A stretch of DNA of 64,000 nt from an uncultured virus (IMG/VR IMGVR_UViG_3300027793_000064) (IMGVR_UViG_3300027793_000064), one strand, 5' to 3'. Positions 49,700 to 58,615 are shown, numbered from the stretch's first letter. The notes: generated from the sequence alone by a model not told the origin. Numbers and translations are program-made.

Positions 49700-51172
49700 T
49701 TAATCGTTGACCGATACCATCGTAAGATGGTTCATTGCACGAGTGACCTGAACATACAATAGATTATTTTCTTGTTCAAGTTCCCATTCTTTTCTTGCCC
49801 ACTTAGATGGAGAATACTTATCCATTCCCAGTGCAAATACTCTGGGGAACTCACGACCTTTTGATTTGTGAATAGTGGAAAGAACAAGAATTTGTTTATT
49901 CTCTGTATCATCAAAGATTTCTTTGATTTTATTTGTCAGAGTAGTGATGGTATCAGTTGGTCTACACTGATCAACAAAAACGAAAAGAGTTTCAACCTGA
50001 TCCTCAATTACCTGACACAATGCCTCATTGCCTTTCTCCTTATTCTTTTTGATCTCATCTTCTTTATAACCTTCTAACTTTGAAATAAGATCAGAAACAT
50101 TCTTACTCTTCCATTTCGTTGCAAGTTTAATGAGTCCTTCACCAATTTTTCTTCCTTCGATCTTACAAGGGATTTTCTTGCGAATCAGATCATAAGCAAC
50201 TTCAACTAATGGTTTCGTATTTCTACAAATGATGGCATCATTCTGTGTTACAAGATTTGGAAGTTCTTTGATAGTACATGCATCGACAATTCCTTCTGGT
50301 GAATTTTCATGAGATTGAATATGTGACACATAATTCTGTGCAACTTTGACTACATTTTTGGGACAACGAAATGTCACGGAAAGTGGCATTTCTTTTGCAT
50401 TAAATTCTTCTTTGATCAGACCCAGTGCATTATAATCTGCACCAGTGAAACCATAGATTGCCTGATGATTATCACCAACCGCAACGAGTTGTCCATTTGT
50501 TTTGAGCATCATTTTCACAAGTTGACGCCTTGTGGCATTGGTGTCTTGTGCCTCATCAAGAAAGATATGATCATATTGCCAGAGCTTCAGTCCACAATGA
50601 ATAGGAAGATAGATCATATCAGAAAAATCAACCACATTCTTAATCTTATTCGATTCATTTAACAAATACTGAGAAGCCTCAACTGCATTCTCATCAGAAA
50701 CATCTTTGGGTAAAATATCCCACAGATTATAATGATCGAACATATCAATCCAATGATTATACTCATCATCTACTACTGCTCCGATACCAACTTCTTTTGC
50801 CATTGCAACAGAACTGATCACGAACTGCCTGAGATGTGCAGACTTTCCATTGAAATGATCATCCGCAATTGTCCTTAGTTTGTTTCCATCAACTTTCACA
50901 TTAGAAAATGCTCTCCTTACGGCACCAAAACCAAAGGAATGGACAGTTCCGACATTTACATCTTTTTTAATCTTACTCTTTTGGATTTTAACTTCAATCT
51001 CCTTTGCAATTGCCTTATTGAATGCACAAAATGCAACAGAACCTTTTGTTGCAGAAAGCATTTCAATCAGTGTACTGGTCTTTCCTGCACCAGCAACAGC
51101 AGAAAGAATGATCGAATGATTGCTGTTTTTGACTGCATTGATAGCAGCAGCTTGTTGTGATGAGAGTTTCAT
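49700..51172 (-). CDS. UvrD/Rep-like SF1 helicase
   Basis: AVAGAGKT, FLDEAQD, VGDNHQAIYGF, TFRCP, STIHKSKGREF and YVQVTRA motifs. Confidence 0.93.
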   Translation of the reverse strand: MKLSSQQAAAINAVKNSNHSIILSAVAGAGKTSTLIEMLSATKGSVAFCAFNKAIAKEIEVKIQKSKIKKDVNVGTVHSFGFGAVRRAFSNVKVDGNKLRTIADDHFNGKSAHLRQFVISSVAMAKEVGIGAVVDDEYNHWIDMFDHYNLWDILPKDVSDENAVEASQYLLNESNKIKNVVDFSDMIYLPIHCGLKLWQYDHIFLDEAQDTNATRRQLVKMMLKTNGQLVAVGDNHQAIYGFTGADYNALGLIKEEFNAKEMPLSVTFRCPKNVVKVAQNYVSHIQSHENSPEGIVDACTIKELPNLVTQNDAIICRNTKPLVEVAYDLIRKKIPCKIEGRKIGEGLIKLATKWKSKNVSDLISKLEGYKEDEIKKNKEKGNEALCQVIEDQVETLFVFVDQCRPTDTITTLTNKIKEIFDDTENKQILVLSTIHKSKGREFPRVFALGMDKYSPSKWARKEWELEQENNLLYVQVTRAMNHLTMVSVND

Positions 51173-51308
51173 AGGGGTTTCCCTGAACTGAGATTATTGT
51201 AGCTCATACTATGAGGTGATGGAGATGGTCAGTGGACAATGCTGGGACTGTCCATCAGTCTCCCCAGTATTCATACATAAAACCCTGTGGCGTGGAATAC
51301 AGATGTTC

Positions 51309-52055
51309 CTACTTTCTGCCCGATCTCCAACCTTCGCCTGGACATTCTATAGAACGAGTGGTATTTCCGCAACCATCATTCCACCATTTCATACTACTCA
51401 TTAGTCTTTCAATTTCTTGGCCACGACCAAGAACCCAACCTTCACCTGGGCACTCTACAGAAAGAATGCAATTTCCACATCCATCATTCCAAAATTTTTT
51501 CCCATAATTATGATTATCTTCTCCCACATATTTACCTTTTTTTAGTTCGCTCAACATTCTCTTAGTTTCTTCAGAATGTTTTTTGCCTTTTCTTTTTTTA
51601 CTCCAATTTTGTTTAGTTTCTTCAGAATGTTTTTTGCCGTAGAAAGGATTATTTTTGCCACTCAAAATTTCACTTCGTTTCCCTCTGGTTTCATCTGAAA
51701 ATGATTTACCATACCTATGATTGTTTTCTCCTTTCATTGCTTCACTTCTTTCTCTTTTCCATTCTTCACTTCTTATAAGACCAGAAAACCCTTCACCTCC
51801 ATTAGTCCTATTCCTTAATATCCCAGTTCCCAAATCTTTTCTGCCAAAGACCGCAATCATATATTCCTCGTGCTTAAATGCGTCTTCTTCCAGGAGATTT
51901 TGTTTGAGAAATATTATTCTGGATTTGTCTTTTGGGAGTTGTATTTCATTTTTGCGTTTATAATATGCTCTATTTCCTTCTCCTTTTCCAATGTAATAAG
52001 GACTTCCATCTTCACGCAAATATGCGTAAGTATAAAACCTTTTTGGGTCTTTCAT
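51309..52055 (-). CDS. Free-standing GIY-YIG homing endonuclease with NUMOD3-like repeats
   Basis: FYTYAYLREDGSPYYIGKG, GILRN.TNGGEG, KKHSEETK repeats and duplicated WNDG...ECPGEGW..GR. Confidence 0.88.
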   Translation of the reverse strand: MKDPKRFYTYAYLREDGSPYYIGKGEGNRAYYKRKNEIQLPKDKSRIIFLKQNLLEEDAFKHEEYMIAVFGRKDLGTGILRNRTNGGEGFSGLIRSEEWKRERSEAMKGENNHRYGKSFSDETRGKRSEILSGKNNPFYGKKHSEETKQNWSKKRKGKKHSEETKRMLSELKKGKYVGEDNHNYGKKFWNDGCGNCILSVECPGEGWVLGRGQEIERLMSSMKWWNDGCGNTTRSIECPGEGWRSGRK

Positions 52056-52097
52056 GCTGCTCTTAAGTTGGGTGCATTATTATTTATAAAAATTCAC

Positions 52098-52163
52098 AAT
52101 AGAAAAGGTGCCCCAAAGAGCACCTAATCTATTGCCTGCGAAGATTGCACCCAACTCAGGCAG
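52098..52163 (-). ncRNA. Putative small structured antisense RNA upstream of the endonuclease
   Basis: Late promoter at 52167-52173, stem TGCCTG/CAGGCA, terminator AGGTGC/GCACCT-TTTT; loop complementary to the endonuclease 5' UTR. Confidence 0.55.
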
Positions 52164-52169
52164 TTTTAT

Positions 52170-52610
52170 TTATTGAATCTTCGTATAGACAAATTCCTGA
52201 TCATTAGTGCTCCAATGAATTTCCTTGATTGTTGGACAGTTCCTTATGATATAATTGTAACAAATTACACAAGGTCTGCTTTCTCGTAATTCTTTCCCAC
52301 CATGACCGCCAATTCTACAGATCACGATCTTATGTCCAGGTTTCCTTGCCTTCAAAAGACAATTTATTTCACAATGAAGATATTGCTTCTGCATAAGACT
52401 AGGTTCGTTATACTTATTCGCTGCCATAACAGCAGCATAAAACTGTTGAGTATGCGTGATCACATAAGAATTAACTCCAGTTGCAATCACACGATTCCTC
52501 TTATCAAGTAAAATAGCTCCCATTTTCTTGGGAGCATCAGATGCCAGAGCAACGGCAATTGCCTGTTGTAAGATGTGTTTTTTCAGTGGCGATCGAGTTG
52601 GCATTGTCAA
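52170..52610 (-). CDS. Cytidine/dCMP deaminase-family protein
   Basis: HCE and SRPCVIC zinc motifs. Confidence 0.85.
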   Translation of the reverse strand: MTMPTRSPLKKHILQQAIAVALASDAPKKMGAILLDKRNRVIATGVNSYVITHTQQFYAAVMAANKYNEPSLMQKQYLHCEINCLLKARKPGHKIVICRIGGHGGKELRESRPCVICYNYIIRNCPTIKEIHWSTNDQEFVYTKIQ

Positions 52611-52927
52611 ACTTTAAGTTGATAAAAATCATCCCATTCACGATCTGTCCATGCGATCATGTCATCTGTACATTGTTGTACATCACCAGAGAATGCAATC
52701 CACATTTCTTCATCATCACCAAAATCTTTCATTACTTCATCGGTTTCCATTTGCTCTAGCAATTCATCATACTGAGTAAGATCATCATCATTGTAGGCAC
52801 TTTGAATTTCTTTGAACTTATCCTTTGAAATTACAATTTCACTATAAACAATTTGCCTACGAACTAGAGTGACATTATCACTATCTGAGTCCTCCATTAG
52901 ATTTGCAATTTGACTTAGAGTTTTCAT
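52607..52927 (-). CDS. Acidic hypothetical protein
   Basis: ORF track trimmed to MKTLSQ. Confidence 0.65.
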   Translation of the reverse strand: MKTLSQIANLMEDSDSDNVTLVRRQIVYSEIVISKDKFKEIQSAYNDDDLTQYDELLEQMETDEVMKDFGDDEEMWIAFSGDVQQCTDDMIAWTDREWDDFYQLKV

Positions 52928-52928
52928 T

Positions 52929-53153
52929 TCAATAAACTCCAAATAATTCATCTTTAACCCATTCCTCGGCATAAGATCGTCCCTTTACAATCAAATACGA
53001 AATACCCATAAAGGCAATATATGCACACATGCAAGTAATATATGCAGCACCAAATAGGACTGCAACCAACATGAAAGGAATTGCAAATAGATTCTTTAGT
53101 ATGACATACCATGGCAACAGATTGTTGGACCAGTTCCGGTTGATTTTTTTCAT
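52929..53153 (-). CDS. Small membrane protein
   Basis: Long hydrophobic stretch. Confidence 0.65.
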   Translation of the reverse strand: MKKINRNWSNNLLPWYVILKNLFAIPFMLVAVLFGAAYITCMCAYIAFMGISYLIVKGRSYAEEWVKDELFGVY

Positions 53154-53180
53154 TGTGTTTATAGTATTAGTATTACTTAA

Positions 53181-53480
53181 TCAACGACGAATGAGAAGAT
53201 AACGATTACCGATCTTTTCTTGTGCTCGGCCAGTACGAATACCACGCTCATGCAAAAGTTTAATTTCGGCCTTTAGGGCAGGATCGGTCACAGAGACGGT
53301 TCTACGGCCATTGCAGACGGTCACAGAGCCTTCTGGGACGCTGATCTTGGTCTTTTCGGCAGCATCCATGATACTCATCAGTTCCTGCTCGGCAGCAACA
53401 AGCTCTGCAAGAATGGAATCACGCTGCTTTTTGATTGCAGCGATCTTCAGAATTGCAACGGAAATGTTGGTGGTGTTCAT
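53181..53480 (-). CDS. Hypothetical coiled-coil protein
   Basis: ORF track; TAGACT plus palindrome promoter upstream. Confidence 0.7.
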   Translation of the reverse strand: MNTTNISVAILKIAAIKKQRDSILAELVAAEQELMSIMDAAEKTKISVPEGSVTVCNGRRTVSVTDPALKAEIKLLHERGIRTGRAQEKIGNRYLLIRR

Positions 53481-53549
53481 GGTGTTGTTTGAACTGAGAT
53501 CAGTCTAGTGGATGGTGCTGGTTCTGATGGCTGGGCTTGTGCCGGTTGT

Positions 53550-53702
53550 TCAGGTGTCCATCAGTTGATCAATCTGGTTCTGATAATAGCGAATATCATC
53601 AGTGATCGAATTTTGAATGTTTTGATGTGGAGTTGATTCTCGTTCCTTTTTGAACTTTTGAATCTGTTGCTCCAGTAATCGAATCGTTTCCTCTTTATTC
53701 AT
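53550..53702 (-). CDS. Small hypothetical protein
   Basis: Read by hand: MNKEETIRLLEQQIQKFKKERES... Confidence 0.55.
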   Translation of the reverse strand: MNKEETIRLLEQQIQKFKKERESTPHQNIQNSITDDIRYYQNQIDQLMDT

Positions 53703-53853
53703 CACCAAAATGATTTACGACAAAATCTTCGAGTTCTGCATACTTTTCTGCACTCATATTCAGAACATATTCCTCAATGATTGTTTGGAGAAGAAAAGGC
53801 TCGGTTCTGACCTTTTCTTCCAGAAGATCAATCATTTCGACTCGTGAATTCAT
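53695..53853 (-). CDS. Small hypothetical protein
   Basis: Read by hand: MNSRVEMIDLLEEKVRTEPFLLQTIIEEYVLNM... Confidence 0.6.
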   Translation of the reverse strand: MNSRVEMIDLLEEKVRTEPFLLQTIIEEYVLNMSAEKYAELEDFVVNHFGDE

Positions 53854-53936
53854 GAGAATGATTTGTTTGGGCATTCCTACTATAAAGCCCCCAGTGGAGT
53901 GCTGGGGGCATGAGTGGACAGTTTTTAAATTGTCTA

Positions 53937-54965
53937 TTATCCTTTTGCTCTGCGTCTGAGAGCACGATAGTCTGTGGGCAATTCATCTCTTTCGTCTGCT
54001 CTGAGAGCACTACCTGGAGTAAAATCAGTGCGATCACTTCTATTTGTTGCTCTCTCAATTCCTCTTCTATTGGCAGCATCTAATCTTGCAGCATTTTGTG
54101 CCTCTTTTTTACTCTTTTCCCTTGCTTCTCTTCCTTGTCTTTCACGAGCAGCAGCATTTTGTGCTTTTAATACATTAGGATTGATCATATGTCTTAATCC
54201 ACCTGGACCAGAAACAGACATAATTTGTGCCTCATCAAGAATTCCATCAATCCATGCCTCTGACATATTTGCCATAATGGTGATGGCATTCTCTTCGGTA
54301 TCGGCATAACCTTCATCGAGAAGATGTTCGAGAACTACATCATAAAGATCTACGGTTTCATTTACCTTTTTGGTCATGTGATCAAATACTTTTTGTGCTC
54401 TTGGATCTTTGAGTTTTTGGCCTTTGTTCCATTTTGCACCTTTTTCTTGTTTTTTGTCGTTCTCTTCAAAAATACTATCAATCCATTCTTCACTCATGTT
54501 TGCCATAATGGCCAGAGCATCTTCTTCGGTATTGGCATAACCTTCATCGAGAAGATGATCGAGAACTACATCATAAAGATCAAATTCTTCTTCCATTCCA
54601 TATGATGTAGTCTTAGTTGGCTTGGTTGCTGTTGCTTTAGTTGGTTTCGTTGGTTTAGTTGCAGAAGTTGAAGATGTGGGTGTAATTATTCTAGATCCGC
54701 CATTTGGCTTTGAATCCCTGATATATCTACCCTCACTATCAATTCTTTCATTGAGTTCATCATAAGATTCAGGAAGACTTGGAGTTACTTTTGGTCCTTT
54801 TCTACCTGGATACCTAGTTGCCTTCTTTACTGCCTTGGTGGCTTTTTGGAGTGCATCAGCATCACCATAATCGCCATGTCTTTGATGATCAACTGCTGCC
54901 TTTGCTATTGATTTGATGTCACTATCTTCATAAACAGATAGATAAGCTTCGATTAAATCTTCCAT
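53937..54965 (-). CDS. Late, probably virion-internal protein with a duplicated LLDEGYA domain
   Basis: ATAAATA upstream; two copies of DLYDVVL.HLLDEGYA.TEE.A..IMANMSE.WID.I. Confidence 0.8.
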   Translation of the reverse strand: MEDLIEAYLSVYEDSDIKSIAKAAVDHQRHGDYGDADALQKATKAVKKATRYPGRKGPKVTPSLPESYDELNERIDSEGRYIRDSKPNGGSRIITPTSSTSATKPTKPTKATATKPTKTTSYGMEEEFDLYDVVLDHLLDEGYANTEEDALAIMANMSEEWIDSIFEENDKKQEKGAKWNKGQKLKDPRAQKVFDHMTKKVNETVDLYDVVLEHLLDEGYADTEENAITIMANMSEAWIDGILDEAQIMSVSGPGGLRHMINPNVLKAQNAAARERQGREAREKSKKEAQNAARLDAANRRGIERATNRSDRTDFTPGSALRADERDELPTDYRALRRRAKG

Positions 54966-54989
54966 AAGAATTGGTATATTTTTGATTAT

Positions 54990-55262
54990 TTATTTCTTGA
55001 ATTGTTTTGCACCGTGGCGTTCAATTTCTTTTGTTTGAATTCTTCTTTCTGGTGAGCCTGGTTTAGTAGGAACTGGTCTTGGACTATTACTCAAATTGTA
55101 AGTTTTTGTTCCATCTGGATCTATCTGCAAATCTTTTGGTTCTTTAACGACAATTCCTTTTGTGAGTTCTTTTTGTTGTTTTTTGCTGAATTTGGGTTCT
55201 TTGTCTTTTTTGTCTTTTTTCTTTTCTGAAAGAATTTGTAGAAACTGTTTGAATGTTTTCAT
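54990..55262 (-). CDS. Basic protein with MKTFKQFL N-terminus
   Basis: ORF track; ATGA overlaps with neighbours. Confidence 0.75.
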   Translation of the reverse strand: MKTFKQFLQILSEKKKDKKDKEPKFSKKQQKELTKGIVVKEPKDLQIDPDGTKTYNLSNSPRPVPTKPGSPERRIQTKEIERHGAKQFKK

Positions 55263-55672
55263 TTTGCTTTTGGTTGTGTTTTTGTTCTTCTTTTAAATGG
55301 AGAAAACTCCTGATATTTCTTTGGAACTTTTGGTGCAGGAATTGTTGGGGATTTTGTGATATGCTTGGATGCATATTCTGGACTCATCACAACAGAATGG
55401 TGTTTTCTTCCCCAGGCATCAATACCTTGTTGTCCCTGAGTTCTTTCTACATTCTTTGATTTGGAAGGAACACGAATTGAAATGGTTCTCGTGTCTTTTC
55501 CATATCTTTTGCCAAATGCATCTGCAGTTCGAGCAGATGTGGAGGCATGAACCTCAGATCCTTTGAAACCTGATTTATGAATTTCATCAGCAGAAGATTC
55601 TGGTGTTCCATGATAATATCTTTTCATTCGAATTATTTTTGTTTCTTCAAGAAATTGTGAGAATGTTTTCAT
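55259..55672 (-). CDS. ADP-ribosyltransferase-like protein with MKTFSQFLEE N-terminus
   Basis: YYHGT...IHKSGFK...HASTS..TA.AFG resembles the HGT strand of ART folds; function tentative. Confidence 0.55.
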   Translation of the reverse strand: MKTFSQFLEETKIIRMKRYYHGTPESSADEIHKSGFKGSEVHASTSARTADAFGKRYGKDTRTISIRVPSKSKNVERTQGQQGIDAWGRKHHSVVMSPEYASKHITKSPTIPAPKVPKKYQEFSPFKRRTKTQPKAK

Positions 55673-55866
55673 GATCTACGATCCTCGATATCCTTAATAT
55701 CATGCTGTTGTTCTTTATCATAAGCACTTGCACCTTTGATTGTACTCTTTACAATATTCGAATGTCTTGTTCTTTTGGAACGATCTAACTGTCTTGCAAC
55801 AACTTGTTGATTTGGTGTTTGATGTGTGTGCCCAACTTGTTCTAGAAACTGTGAGAATGTTTTCAT
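55669..55866 (-). CDS. Small protein with MKTFSQFLE N-terminus
   Basis: ORF track; ATGA overlaps with neighbours. Confidence 0.75.
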   Translation of the reverse strand: MKTFSQFLEQVGHTHQTPNQQVVARQLDRSKRTRHSNIVKSTIKGASAYDKEQQHDIKDIEDRRS

Positions 55867-56141
55867 TGTGCTTCCCCATTCATAACTTCTAAAATTTCTT
55901 CGATGGGAACGCGAGCCATGATGGCTAGGACATCCTGCTCATCCAAATTCTCGGAAATAAAGAAATCATAAACAAGATCAAAAAGATTGTCCTCTGTCTG
56001 AGATTGTTTAAGTGCCTTTGCGGTTGGAGCACCTTCCGAACCTGGCTCTCGCATTCTTTCTCCTGAACCGGCTTTTATTCTTTTTCTTTTAGCATGAATG
56101 TTATCCCACAATCCTCTCTTTTCGTTAATTGGAAATGTCAT
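55863..56141 (-). CDS. Late hypothetical protein (GLWDNIHAKRKRIKAGSGE motif)
   Basis: ORF track; AATAAATA at about 56160. Confidence 0.75.
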   Translation of the reverse strand: MTFPINEKRGLWDNIHAKRKRIKAGSGERMREPGSEGAPTAKALKQSQTEDNLFDLVYDFFISENLDEQDVLAIMARVPIEEILEVMNGEAQ

Positions 56142-56201
56142 GGTTTTATCTGTTTTAGGTATTTATTTTCTAAATACTTCTATTGTAAAAACAAAACTTT
56201 T

Positions 56202-56918
56202 ATGGAAGATCTAACAGAAGCTTATTTGTCAATTTATGATAATATCAATGAAGTCAAAGGATTTGGTGGTAGAGTTGATCCTAATACTGGGAAATTCACT
56301 GGTGAAGTATCGAGCCCAAGCCAAAAGGTCTTCCAGCAATATACCAAAGATGGCCAACATCTTGCAAGATCTAGATCCATTACACATGGTGAACCAAGCG
56401 AATCTGGCGTAGTAAGATCACAAGCAAGAGGCGTAGATGTCACCAAGAAAGATCCTGGTCTTGCCATGACTCCAGCAAAAAGAATGGAAACTAGAGCAAC
56501 TGCATTGAGAGCAAGAGGCCAAGGAAGGAGAGCAAATAAAATTGATGCAATTAGAACTCGTCCACCTATGGAAGAAGCTTACATGAATGAGAAGCGTCTA
56601 TATCCTGGTGCACCTGATCTTACACACTCATTTCCTCTTTCCGACGAAGAAAAGCAATCAGTGGAAAATATCAGAAATGCTGCAGAGAAAAAAGCAAAAA
56701 AACAGGCAGCTGAATCTCCAACCAGGTCTGCGGCAAGAATAAAAAGAACAACAGATATGAGTAAAGTTAGAGTTGGCGAAACATTTGATGCTTATGATCT
56801 CGTTCTCACTCATCTTCTTGATGAAGGATATTGCGATTCACAAGACTCTGCAGTTAAAATGATGGCTGCAATGTCACAAGATTGGATTGATTCAATCATT
56901 GAACAATCTGAACAGTAA
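56202..56918 (+). CDS. Late protein with LLDEGY domain; the only confident plus-strand gene
   Basis: MEDLTEAYLSIY parallels MEDLIEAYLSVY of 53937..54965; CTAAATA at 56170. Confidence 0.8.
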   Translation: MEDLTEAYLSIYDNINEVKGFGGRVDPNTGKFTGEVSSPSQKVFQQYTKDGQHLARSRSITHGEPSESGVVRSQARGVDVTKKDPGLAMTPAKRMETRATALRARGQGRRANKIDAIRTRPPMEEAYMNEKRLYPGAPDLTHSFPLSDEEKQSVENIRNAAEKKAKKQAAESPTRSAARIKRTTDMSKVRVGETFDAYDLVLTHLLDEGYCDSQDSAVKMMAAMSQDWIDSIIEQSEQ

Positions 56919-56943
56919 ACTTCTAAATAAAACTAAAACAAAA

Positions 56944-56968
56944 AAAGGAGCCGCAAGGCTCCTTTCTT
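56944..56968. terminator. Bidirectional intrinsic terminator
   Basis: AAAGGAGCC-GCAA-GGCTCCTTT between convergent genes. Confidence 0.85.
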
Positions 56969-56987
56969 ATTATGTGATTAAATTAAA

Positions 56988-57569
56988 TCACTTTTTGAGA
57001 CCAACTGACAGTAGATCATCAACCAGAGAGCTAGCAACTTCACCACAATCAGGGCAGGCAGTCGCATACTTTACAATCGAGCGATCTTTGCTGCGTGCAG
57101 CTTCAGTTGAATCCTCAACATAATTCTTGACATTCAGACGATACATGGCACAGATTGCCTTCATCAGTTCACGATTAGAAGGAGAATCGCTGTACAGATC
57201 ATAAATGGAACGCATGTAGTTGAAGTCGTTGATACGACGACAGAAGTTCAGTTTCTCCATAATCATGTCAACTTCTTGGTTGTGGAAGTAATCTGCCAGA
57301 ACAAGCTCAAAAGATACATTGATCTTTTCGATTGATTGGATACGCTGACGATACTCATCAGACATACGATCAATTCGTGCCTGAGTTACTTCACCAATCA
57401 GAGAAGTTAGTTCAGGATTGATTTGAACCGTTGCTTGGATTTCTTCTTGTTCCTGTGGGGCAGCATCTGCAATAGTGGTGCCAATTTGAATTAGCATGTT
57501 CTGTGCCTGATCTACACCAGCCTGAAGCTCGGTGATGGTCTGTTGCAGCTGTTGGATTTGGTTGGTCAC
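56988..57569 (-). CDS. Coiled-coil plus CxxC protein (paralogue of 43937..44419)
   Basis: LNFC..I.D and KYATACPDCG motifs; GTG start inferred. Confidence 0.75.
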   Translation of the reverse strand: MTNQIQQLQQTITELQAGVDQAQNMLIQIGTTIADAAPQEQEEIQATVQINPELTSLIGEVTQARIDRMSDEYRQRIQSIEKINVSFELVLADYFHNQEVDMIMEKLNFCRRINDFNYMRSIYDLYSDSPSNRELMKAICAMYRLNVKNYVEDSTEAARSKDRSIVKYATACPDCGEVASSLVDDLLSVGLKK

Positions 57570-57633
57570 GATCTGTGAGAAAAAAGAAAAGGAACAGTGT
57601 GTAACTTTTAGGGCAAACACATTCCCATAAGAA

Positions 57634-57822
57634 TCAGATAGAAATGATCCAGTTTGGATCATTATTCAAGTCTACCCAGAAAAAGTATTTTCTGTTAGTA
57701 GAGGCAAGAAAGACCTTTTGGTCCTTCTGTTGTTCGACAATACAGGTTGCATTCCCACCCATAGTATTGACAAGCCGGTTCTTGGCTTTGCTGGATTTGG
57801 GAGTGACGATGGCGGTTTGCAT
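57634..57822 (-). CDS. Small conserved phage protein (paralogue of 61993..62193)
   Basis: V.P.SS.AK.R...M...C...L.S.N..Y.F.V..NNDPNW shared between the two. Confidence 0.8.
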   Translation of the reverse strand: MQTAIVTPKSSKAKNRLVNTMGGNATCIVEQQKDQKVFLASTNRKYFFWVDLNNDPNWIISI

Positions 57823-57888
57823 TGCCTTGTTGTCGATGAACTTAGTATAAGGCTTGAGGTTGGGCGGTGGAGTGGTGCTTGTGCCAGT

Positions 57889-58074
57889 TTAGAGATCGAA
57901 CACCTTGTACTCTCGGTCCTCTTCTTTGTCCATGATCAGCCAAGTGCTGTCAGGATACCAGCGTTCATCAAATGACATTGATTTTGCAAGAAGTTGTCGA
58001 ATTGACAAGCTGATCTCAATTAGTGCATCAGAACAATTTGCACCACGGTAGACCTTGAATGCGTCGAGAATCAT
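57889..58074 (-). CDS. Hypothetical protein
   Basis: ORF track. Confidence 0.6.
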   Translation of the reverse strand: MILDAFKVYRGANCSDALIEISLSIRQLLAKSMSFDERWYPDSTWLIMDKEEDREYKVFDL

Positions 58075-58077
58075 GAT

Positions 58078-58356
58078 TCAAACCTTACGAACTTTGTTTT
58101 GGTAGGAATAGGTGTTTGTCTTTAAGTAATACTGGCGGCTGACTTCTTTATTGCCGCCAATTTGAAAGTCAGGATCTTCTGGATTATAAGAATCCACATA
58201 ATTGAAGCCAGCATACTGATCTGTATCGTGAAGAATGCGATCGAGAACAATGTACATTCCTTTCTTTTCATCGGCACTCCAATGATCGCAACGAAGTTGT
58301 GTATTCACAAAGTTAAGAACTTGCTCAACTTGGATGGTTTTGCGTGGAGTTGCCAT
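58078..58356 (-). CDS. Hypothetical protein
   Basis: ORF track; ILH.T..Y.GFNY motif; early promoter upstream. Confidence 0.7.
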   Translation of the reverse strand: MATPRKTIQVEQVLNFVNTQLRCDHWSADEKKGMYIVLDRILHDTDQYAGFNYVDSYNPEDPDFQIGGNKEVSRQYYLKTNTYSYQNKVRKV

Positions 58357-58424
58357 TGGAGCTGTCCGATCAACAAAGTCATTATTGCAGGGATTGGGGG
58401 ATGGCGCAATCCCCCTTGTGCCAC

Positions 58425-58610
58425 TTAGTTGGGTGTCACAGCAAATTTGCTGTTCGGTCCATACTCTTCCACATAATCAGGAAATGCTCCAATGATTCGT
58501 TGTTTGTTATAAGAATCCGCACAACGAATTGCTTTAGATAGAGCAACCACGAATGAACCACCAAACTGTTCCATTCGTTCGGTCATTTCAAAAATTTCAG
58601 TTTGATTCAT
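58425..58610 (-). CDS. Small conserved phage protein
   Basis: ME.FGGSFV.AL..A...AD..N...I..AFP pattern; start MNQTE. Confidence 0.7.
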   Translation of the reverse strand: MNQTEIFEMTERMEQFGGSFVVALSKAIRCADSYNKQRIIGAFPDYVEEYGPNSKFAVTPN

Positions 58611-58615
58611 GATGT

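Noticed and set aside
51309..52055. Endonuclease as part of a group I intron or intein
   Set aside because: It lies between two intact genes with its own promoter; no interrupted host gene.
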